From an uncultured Clostridia bacterium (GTDB lineage Bacteria > Bacillota > Clostridia > UMGS1883), in assembly GCA_947630975.1 (NCBI GenBank), contig CANRJP010000003.1, positions 1 to 63,434 of the forward strand: a stretch of DNA of 63,434 bases, given 5' to 3'. A model generated the notes under the pieces. It saw nothing but the letters and a program-made list of their open reading frames with translations. It ran no database searches and was not told the origin of the DNA. Below, one piece after another: positions 57,067 to 63,434 of the stretch (positions within the stretch are counted from its first letter, which is position 1; each line of letters opens with the position of its first letter). The position numbers and the translations under genes were made by a program.

Positions 57067-58251
57067 TTACTTTATCTCGTGTCCGCCGTCGCCCACGTTG
57101 TCCACATAGAAGGACGCGGCGTAGCCTATCTTTTCCTCATAGGCCTTGCCCACCTTTTCGATGAACTCGTCCACGGCGTCCTCACGGACGATAGATACCG
57201 TACAGCCGCCAAAGCCCGCGCCGGTCATGCGGCTGCCGATGGTGCCGTCGATCTTACGGGCCTCCTCAACGAGGGTGTCCAGCTCAATGCCGGTGACCTC
57301 GTAAAGATCACGGAGGCTGTCGCCGCTGCCGTTCATCAAACGGCCGAACTCGATGACGTTGCCGCTGTTGAGGGCCTCGATGCTGAGCAGCACCCGGTTG
57401 TCCTCGGAAATAACGTGCTCAACGCGGTTGCGGATAACCTCGTCCTCGATGAGGTGCTTGTACTGAATGAACTGCTCCATGGAGATGTCGCCAAGGCAGT
57501 CGGCCTCGGGGATAGCCTGCTGAAGGGCGGCAAGACCGGCCTCGCACTGTGCCCGGCGCTCGTTGTACTTGCTGTCCGCAAGGGAGCGCTTTTTGTTGGT
57601 GTTGGCGATAACTATCTTATAGCCGTCCATCTCAAGGGGAACTATCTCATAGCTCAAGTCCTTGCAGTTCAGGAAAATAACGTGGTTCTTCCGGCCCATG
57701 GCGGAGGCGAACTGATCCATTATGCCGCAGTTTACGCCGCAGTAGTTGCACTCGGAGCCCTGACCCACCTGTGCCATTTCTATCATGTTCACGGGCTCGG
57801 TGATGCCCTTCTTCTCATTTGAGAAGGTGGCGAGAGCCAGAGCGGTGGAAACCTCGATGGAGGCGGAGGAGCTGAGACCGCCGCCGTAGGGAAGGTTGCC
57901 GTGGAAGAGCATTTCACAGCCCAAGATCTCATAGCCCCGCTTTTGAAGCTCCACGGCGCAGCCTATCTGGTAATTGCCCCAGTTCAGGTCGCGGTAAGCG
58001 TCAAGGTTGTTTATGTCGGCCTCCACATAGTCGGGCAGGTCGGTGGCCCGCAGACGGATAACGTTCTCGGGTATGCGGCGGACGGCGATGGTGGTGCCCA
58101 TGGTAAGGGCGGCGGGGAACACATAGCCCCCGTTGTAGTCGGTGTGCTCGCCTATAAGGTTCACACGGCCGGGGCTCATGAATATGCGGACGTCGCTCTC
58201 ATCCCCGCCGTAATACTTTACAAATTCCTTCTTAAGTTCGGCTACGGTCAT
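57067..58251 (-). CDS. galK: Galactokinase
   Basis: GRVNLIGEHTDYNGG and the GHMP motif PYGGGLSSSAS are present. Confidence 0.95.
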   Translation of the reverse strand: MTVAELKKEFVKYYGGDESDVRIFMSPGRVNLIGEHTDYNGGYVFPAALTMGTTIAVRRIPENVIRLRATDLPDYVEADINNLDAYRDLNWGNYQIGCAVELQKRGYEILGCEMLFHGNLPYGGGLSSSASIEVSTALALATFSNEKKGITEPVNMIEMAQVGQGSECNYCGVNCGIMDQFASAMGRKNHVIFLNCKDLSYEIVPLEMDGYKIVIANTNKKRSLADSKYNERRAQCEAGLAALQQAIPEADCLGDISMEQFIQYKHLIEDEVIRNRVEHVISEDNRVLLSIEALNSGNVIEFGRLMNGSGDSLRDLYEVTGIELDTLVEEARKIDGTIGSRMTGAGFGGCTVSIVREDAVDEFIEKVGKAYEEKIGYAASFYVDNVGDGGHEIK

Positions 58252-59235
58252 TTATTTGTCACTCTCCTTAAATCTCTTGTAAGCCTCTCTCAGCTCGACG
58301 CTGGTGGCCTCGGGGGCGGTGGGGTTGCAGTGCGCCCATGCTCCGGTCTCGCTGGAGGCGTTGAACTTCTGCTTGTCGGCGCTGCGCATGGGAGGATAGA
58401 AAGCGATGTGGAAGTGATAGTAGTCGCTTGTGTCCTCGTCGGCGTTCACGGGGCCGTTGTACATACACATCATATAGGGGAAGGTGTAGCCGAAAAGGCT
58501 GTCCAGAGTACCGGCGGCCTCGCGGACTGCCTTGGCAAGGTTGGTCTTTTCGCTGTCGGTGAACTCGCTGATATACTGCTTATGCTTCTTGGCGGCGATA
58601 TAAATGCCGTAGGGATACTCGCTGAAGAAGGGCAGGAATACCACAAAGTCCTCGTTTTCAAAGATTATGCGGCGTCCGTCCTCCACCTCGTCATGTATCA
58701 TGTCGCAGATAAGGCAGTGACCGGTCCCGTCGTGATGCTCCTTACAGGACTGAAGCTCCAGCTCCAGCTTCTTGGGCACCACGCTGTAGCCGTAGATCTG
58801 GCCGTGGGGGTGGGGCATGGTAACGCCGACCACGGCGCCCCGGTTCTCAAAGATGAACACATACTTGATGTTCTTGTCGGCGCGGAGAGCCTCGAAGCGC
58901 TCCACCCAGAGGTCAACCAACTTGCGCACGTGATCCTCGGGAAGCTCGGGCAGGGTGACGGTGTGCTCGGGAGAGTAGAGAATGACCTCGCACTTGCCGT
59001 AGGCGGGCCGAACCTTATAGATATTTGTCTCCACGTCGTCGGGAACGGGAGGATTTTGCATCAGAGCGGGGAAATCATTGTCGTACTCATAGACGTCGAA
59101 GGCCTTGGGCACCTTGTCATTGTCCGGACCGGGACAGAAGGGACACCAGTCCTTGGGCATCTGGGGCCGGTTCTGCCGGTGAGACGCGATCATGATCCAA
59201 TCCTTAGTGAGTGGATGCCAACGTAATTCTGCCAT
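58252..59235 (-). CDS. galT: Galactose-1-phosphate uridylyltransferase (type 1, HIT superfamily)
   Basis: The CPFCPG zinc motif and HPHGQIYGY active site are present. I prefer the ATG at 59235 (GAGGTG 6 nt upstream). The gene abuts galK with no gap. Confidence 0.93.
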   Translation of the reverse strand: MAELRWHPLTKDWIMIASHRQNRPQMPKDWCPFCPGPDNDKVPKAFDVYEYDNDFPALMQNPPVPDDVETNIYKVRPAYGKCEVILYSPEHTVTLPELPEDHVRKLVDLWVERFEALRADKNIKYVFIFENRGAVVGVTMPHPHGQIYGYSVVPKKLELELQSCKEHHDGTGHCLICDMIHDEVEDGRRIIFENEDFVVFLPFFSEYPYGIYIAAKKHKQYISEFTDSEKTNLAKAVREAAGTLDSLFGYTFPYMMCMYNGPVNADEDTSDYYHFHIAFYPPMRSADKQKFNASSETGAWAHCNPTAPEATSVELREAYKRFKESDK

Positions 59236-59397
59236 AAATATCACCTCATATATAAATTTTATCTGTTAAAACAAAGCTCTGCGGAGAAAAATGCGAAACT
59301 TGTCCCCGCACACTATTTCAATTATAATTATACTATTAATTTTCCTGTTAGTCAAGAACTATATTTAAACATTTTACAAATTAAAAGAAATTTTTCA

Positions 59398-59426
59398 TTG
59401 ACATTTATACGTTATAATAGTAGAAT
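59398..59426 (+). promoter_or_regulatory. Promoter of the GH43-CBM42/LamG unit
   Basis: TTGACA (59398-59403), a 17-nt spacer, then TAGAAT (59421-59426). Confidence 0.4.
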
Positions 59427-59448
59427 TAAATTATAGGAGGCGAAAATA

Positions 59449-61125
59449 ATGAAAAAAGCCATGTGCTCCCTGCTGGCGGCGGGGCTGCTGTGTACGGCGG
59501 CCTCGGCGGCCAACCCCGTAACCTCGGGGCCGGGCGAGGTCTACGACCCGAACACCGGCGGGAATATTGCCGTCGACTCCGTGTACTGCGGGGATCCGGC
59601 GGTGCTGCTTGACGACGGCGGAACGGTCTATCTCTACGCCGGCGAGGACACCGGCGACGGCGGCTACTACAATATGCCCAATTATCTGTGCTACTCCTCC
59701 ACCGACCTGATAAACTGGAAATACGAGGGAATACCCCTGCGGGCGGCGGACTTCGGCTGGGGCAGCCCCAACGACGCCTGGGCCGCCCAGGTGGTGAAGC
59801 ACGGCGGAAAATATTACTTCTATAACAGCAAGAACGCCACCGGCATCTCGGTGGCGGTAAGCGACAGTCCAACCGGCCCCTTTACCGACGCACGGAACGG
59901 GGGCAAGCTCATCGAGCCCGGCTGGACAAAGGGCAACGTGAGCTGGGACGACATCGATCCCACCGTCTGGGTGGAAAACGACGGAAACGGCGTCGAGCAC
60001 CGCTACCTTTGCTGGGGCAACGGCAACGTCTACATGGCGGAGCTGGAGCCGGACATGATCAACCTCACCGACCGCAGCGGCGACGGCAAAATTGACGGCG
60101 GCGACATCGACGAGGTGTTTATCGAAAATATCCCCACGGGCTACACCGAGGCTCCGTGGATATACAGGCGCGGCGGACTGTACTATCTGTTTTTCGCCAG
60201 CGGCTGGCGGGAGGATCTGAGCTACGCCACAAGCGATAGCATATACGGCCCCTACGACTACGGCGGCCTCGTCATGGGCGCGGGCGCCAGCAGCAACACC
60301 AACCACCCCGCCGTTTTGGACTTCAACGGCGAGACATACATATTCTACCACACCGGCGCCCAGGAGATGGGCGGCGGGTATCTGCGCTCCGTCTGCATTG
60401 ACCGCCTGATTTTCGACGAAAAGGGCGGCGTGGCTCAAATCGAAGAGAGCAGTCTCGGCCTTGACGGTCAGGCGGTGAAGCTCACTCTGGGCGGACGGCA
60501 GCTTTGGCACAGCCACTTTGACAACTCCCACGCCGACGCGGATTACCCCATGGCCGGCACCCTGAAGCTTGACGGGGATCCCCGGTACGAAACCGACGGA
60601 CTGTGGCAGCTTGTCCCCGGTAAAATCCCCGGCGAAAATCACGTTTCCATTCAGTCCGTGAACAAAATGGGCTATTATATTACCGACTTTCGCGGCTTCC
60701 CCCGCCTGACCCACGACGGCGAGGGCACCGAGGAGTCCCGGACGGCGAGAACCTTTATCCAAATTCCCGACGGCGAAGGCTTCATCTTCGGGAGCCTGGC
60801 CTCCCCGGGCAAGTATCTTTCACTGGACAGCCACGGGAACATCGTGCTTTCGGAGGAACCCGCCGTGTTCGGCGTTGAGACCGCTAAAATCCCGGCGAAC
60901 ATAAGCGCCGCCGTCACCGACGGAAAAATCACCGTCACCGCCCAAGGCACGCCCAACATCAGGGCGGTGATAACGGCCGTTGGCCCGGCGACCCACGCGG
61001 GTATCGGGGCCACCGACGAAAACGGCAGCCTGACCTATACCTTTACCCCTCCTGTCCCCGGCGAGTACACGGTCTACTGCCTCGGCAGGACGGTGAAGGT
61101 GGATTTCGGAGGTGAAGGCCAATGA
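59449..61125 (+). CDS. Secreted GH43 arabinofuranosidase/arabinanase-like enzyme with a C-terminal AbfB (CBM42-like) domain
   Basis: 558 aa with a signal peptide. GDPAVLL, WAAQVVKHGGKYYFY, DPTVWVENDG and EAPWIYRRGGLYYLFFA are present. The tail, with NKMGYYITDF, resembles the AbfB arabinose-binding domain. Confidence 0.88.
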   Translation: MKKAMCSLLAAGLLCTAASAANPVTSGPGEVYDPNTGGNIAVDSVYCGDPAVLLDDGGTVYLYAGEDTGDGGYYNMPNYLCYSSTDLINWKYEGIPLRAADFGWGSPNDAWAAQVVKHGGKYYFYNSKNATGISVAVSDSPTGPFTDARNGGKLIEPGWTKGNVSWDDIDPTVWVENDGNGVEHRYLCWGNGNVYMAELEPDMINLTDRSGDGKIDGGDIDEVFIENIPTGYTEAPWIYRRGGLYYLFFASGWREDLSYATSDSIYGPYDYGGLVMGAGASSNTNHPAVLDFNGETYIFYHTGAQEMGGGYLRSVCIDRLIFDEKGGVAQIEESSLGLDGQAVKLTLGGRQLWHSHFDNSHADADYPMAGTLKLDGDPRYETDGLWQLVPGKIPGENHVSIQSVNKMGYYITDFRGFPRLTHDGEGTEESRTARTFIQIPDGEGFIFGSLASPGKYLSLDSHGNIVLSEEPAVFGVETAKIPANISAAVTDGKITVTAQGTPNIRAVITAVGPATHAGIGATDENGSLTYTFTPPVPGEYTVYCLGRTVKVDFGGEGQ

Positions 61126-63086
61126 AAAAGCTGATATTTTGTTTGGCAGCGGCATTTTTACTCATTCTGTCAACCGCCGCTTTTGCCGAGAGCTGCGACT
61201 TCGAGGGCGACGGCGGTCTTGAAACGGTCACAAACAGCCTTGAAAGCGGCGGCGAGGCGGTCTTTGACGAGGGCTTCGAGGGCCGGGGGCTTAAGCTGGA
61301 CGGGAGCTACGGCCTTAAGCTGGGCCGAGTGAACGGCGACTTCACCGCCTCCGCCATGGTGAAGGTCACCTCCGGCGGCGACAACCGGACGTTGTTTTTC
61401 AAGAACATGGGCTCCCTCGAAAACGAGAACTGGACGGGCGTGATCTTCAACGGCGGCGTACCGACCTTTTGGGTGCGCGAGGGCTGGAGCAAGCGGCCCA
61501 CCTCCGCCAAAAACGTCATGAACACCTGGGTCTGGCTGGCCTACACCGAATTCGGCGGCACGGGACGGCTGTACGTCGACGGCGAGCTTGTGTCCGAGGG
61601 GGCGGCCTTAAGCGACCCCGGCGAAATATATCTCGGCGTCACATATTGGAGCGCTGACGCCCTGTCCGGCGGAGTTGACAACGTGGAGCTCCTTGACCGG
61701 GCACTCACACAGGAAGAAATAACGGAAATATACAAGACAAAGGTGGTTCCCGTCCGTTTTGAACGGTACGAGTTTCCCTCGAAGCTAATAGTCAGCGACC
61801 TTGACCTGAGTGTTGTTCCCGGCGGCGGCGACGTGGAATGGACCTCCGACAATGAGAGCGTACTGAGCAAAGGCGGAGTTCTTAACCGACCCGCCGTTGA
61901 CACGGAGGTCACTCTCACTGCCGCATACCGTAACGTTCCGATAACGGCTCCATACAGGGACATTACGCGGGAATTCACCTTCACGGCCCTTGGCGGCAGC
62001 CCCGGAACCAACGGGGACACCGTTCTAAGCTATCTCCCCACGGAGGCGGAGGGGAGCGTCCTCACCGATCTGAGCGGCAACGGCAACCACGGTGTGATCC
62101 ACGGAGACCTGACCGGCGGCGGCTTCGACAGCGGGGACTGGGTCGATCTGCCAAAGGGGATATTCAGCGGCCTTGACGGCTTCACTCTTGTGCTGCGGCT
62201 GACCCCGTGGAACAGCACCGTAAATCAGGCGGCCTTCTGCATAGGCAATTCTGTGGACGAGTACTTTCTTCTCAACACCTCCGCTCCACGGACCAATCTG
62301 CTTCGGGCGGCAATCACAAACAGCGGCGAGAATGGCGAAAAGGAACTTGTCTCCGCTCCGGGCATAAGCGGAATGCGCTATGCCTCCGTCGTCATAACCG
62401 CCGAGGACACCCTTTATAAGATGTATGTGGACGGCATTCTCTCGGCGGAGGGCGATTTGGGAATGAGCGTCGCCGACCTTGGCGGCGCGGTGAAAAGCTA
62501 TCTCGGCAAATCCGTCCTTGACGCCCCGAATTTCAGGGGAACGGTCAACGAGTTTACCGTCTATCCCTACGTAATGGACGGGGACGAGATCTTCGAAAAA
62601 TATTCAACGGGCGACGGCGGCATAAGCCCGGGATATATAACGGCGCTCGACGTGAGCGGCGACCGTCTCGACGTGTCGCTGAGCCGCGACTGTATGCTGG
62701 CGGTCAGCCTTTACGGCGAAAACGGCGGCCCCATAAGCGCCGAGGTGCGTAAGGTCTCCGGCGACAGTCTCGAGGCCGGCTTCGATATGGGCGATGCCTC
62801 GGGAGCGGCGGTCATCGCTTTCGACCCCGCCTCCGGCGAGTTCAAACAGCAGAGCTTCATCGCCTTTGACGGTGATATAAGCGCCGCCGCATTTGACGGT
62901 GGGCGGGTCACCGTGACCAATTACGGCGACGCTCCCGCCGGGGCCGCCGTCACCCTGTTCACCTATGAGGGCGAAAGAGTGACGGCCATAGATTTGTATG
63001 AAATAACGCTGCCCGGTCTTTCGGCCAAACAAATTCCGTTAATTTTGGCTCCGGGCGGACGCTTAATTATTATAGAAAAGAGGTAA
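61122..63086 (+). CDS. Secreted protein with two LamG-like jelly-roll domains
   Basis: 654 aa with a signal peptide. The ATG overlaps the GH43 stop (ATGA). LamG-type motifs are LYVDGELVSEG...VDNVELLDRALTQEEI and LTDLSGNGNHGVIHG...MYVDGILSAEG...VNEFTVY. Confidence 0.75.
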   Translation: MKKLIFCLAAAFLLILSTAAFAESCDFEGDGGLETVTNSLESGGEAVFDEGFEGRGLKLDGSYGLKLGRVNGDFTASAMVKVTSGGDNRTLFFKNMGSLENENWTGVIFNGGVPTFWVREGWSKRPTSAKNVMNTWVWLAYTEFGGTGRLYVDGELVSEGAALSDPGEIYLGVTYWSADALSGGVDNVELLDRALTQEEITEIYKTKVVPVRFERYEFPSKLIVSDLDLSVVPGGGDVEWTSDNESVLSKGGVLNRPAVDTEVTLTAAYRNVPITAPYRDITREFTFTALGGSPGTNGDTVLSYLPTEAEGSVLTDLSGNGNHGVIHGDLTGGGFDSGDWVDLPKGIFSGLDGFTLVLRLTPWNSTVNQAAFCIGNSVDEYFLLNTSAPRTNLLRAAITNSGENGEKELVSAPGISGMRYASVVITAEDTLYKMYVDGILSAEGDLGMSVADLGGAVKSYLGKSVLDAPNFRGTVNEFTVYPYVMDGDEIFEKYSTGDGGISPGYITALDVSGDRLDVSLSRDCMLAVSLYGENGGPISAEVRKVSGDSLEAGFDMGDASGAAVIAFDPASGEFKQQSFIAFDGDISAAAFDGGRVTVTNYGDAPAGAAVTLFTYEGERVTAIDLYEITLPGLSAKQIPLILAPGGRLIIIEKR

Positions 63087-63092
63087 ACGAAA

Positions 63093-63434
63093 ATGAAAAA
63101 GTTACTCTGTCTCATGCTCTGTCTTTCACTGCTGCCGCTGGCTTTACCCTCGGCGGCGGAAGAAGGAACCGTGACCTTCGACGGCACGGTCTACGTTACC
63201 GCCGGGGACAACCTTTTCAAAAGTCCCGGCTTCGGCGGCGAGGCCGGACGTGAGGCTCCGCAGTGGTACGTGGGCGCCAACACCGGCACAAGCTGGGACG
63301 GCAAGGCTCCCGACCCCAACACTCTCGAAAACCTCACCCCTCTTGAGGACGTGGTTCTGGGCAGCGAGGGCGAGGCCAACGGCAAAAACGCCTTTTACTA
63401 CTCCAGCGGCGGAGCCCTGTCCGCCACGGGCAGC
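63093..63434 (+). CDS. Secreted hypothetical protein, 5' partial (runs off the right edge)
   Basis: Absent from the track. An ATG at 63093 follows AAGAGG. The hand translation is MKKLLCLMLCLSLLPLALPSAAEEGTVTFDG..., and the frame is open to the window end. Confidence 0.6.
   Translation, partial: MKKLLCLMLCLSLLPLALPSAAEEGTVTFDGTVYVTAGDNLFKSPGFGGEAGREAPQWYVGANTGTSWDGKAPDPNTLENLTPLEDVVLGSEGEANGKNAFYYSSGGALSATGS

Overview
This is a GC-rich chromosomal window that looks like Firmicutes/Clostridia (Oscillospiraceae or Ruminococcaceae type). That placement rests on gene content only: RNase J, ZapA, PpdK, ECF sigma operons and SD-type GGAGG ribosome-binding sites. I call 43 protein-coding genes and see no rRNA, tRNA, CRISPR array, transposase, integrase or recognisable defence genes. 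All protein calls come from motifs I recognise by eye; no searches were run.

Content falls into two groups:
- Housekeeping genes: ppdK, metA, metF, rnj, glmM, a U32 peptidase, zapA, comM, galKT and araA.
- A dense set of pectin/arabinan genes. The core is a compact minus-strand rhamnogalacturonan-I operon (32069-40675): GH105, a cytoplasmic FG-GAP propeller, a 1550-aa PL11 lyase fused to two CE12 esterase domains, and a separate CE12. It sits divergent from an AraC regulator. Also present are a second, secreted GH105, two GH43 enzymes, GH127, CE4, a KduD-like SDR, KdgK and an RpiB-like isomerase.

The most unusual signal is non-coding. A network of at least four related intergenic repeat families recurs across the window:
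- A 171-bp MITE with 17-bp terminal inverted repeats and 4-bp target-site duplications (3 full copies plus 1 solo end).
- A modular element of about 300-340 bp, present five times. It always lies against a stop codon and carries its own intrinsic terminator, co-oriented with the abutting gene.
- A hairpin module of about 100-120 bp nested inside three of those copies.
- GTAG-plus-palindrome units resembling REP/REPIN elements.

Other points worth a second look:
- A start codon put out of frame by an A7 tract.
- A MITE sitting between a promoter and its RBS.
- A MITE inserted exactly on a stop codon between two LRR paralogs that share a near-identical 3' module.
- A copper-amine-oxidase-N-like module shared by six secreted proteins.
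- An AT-rich orphan gene after comM.
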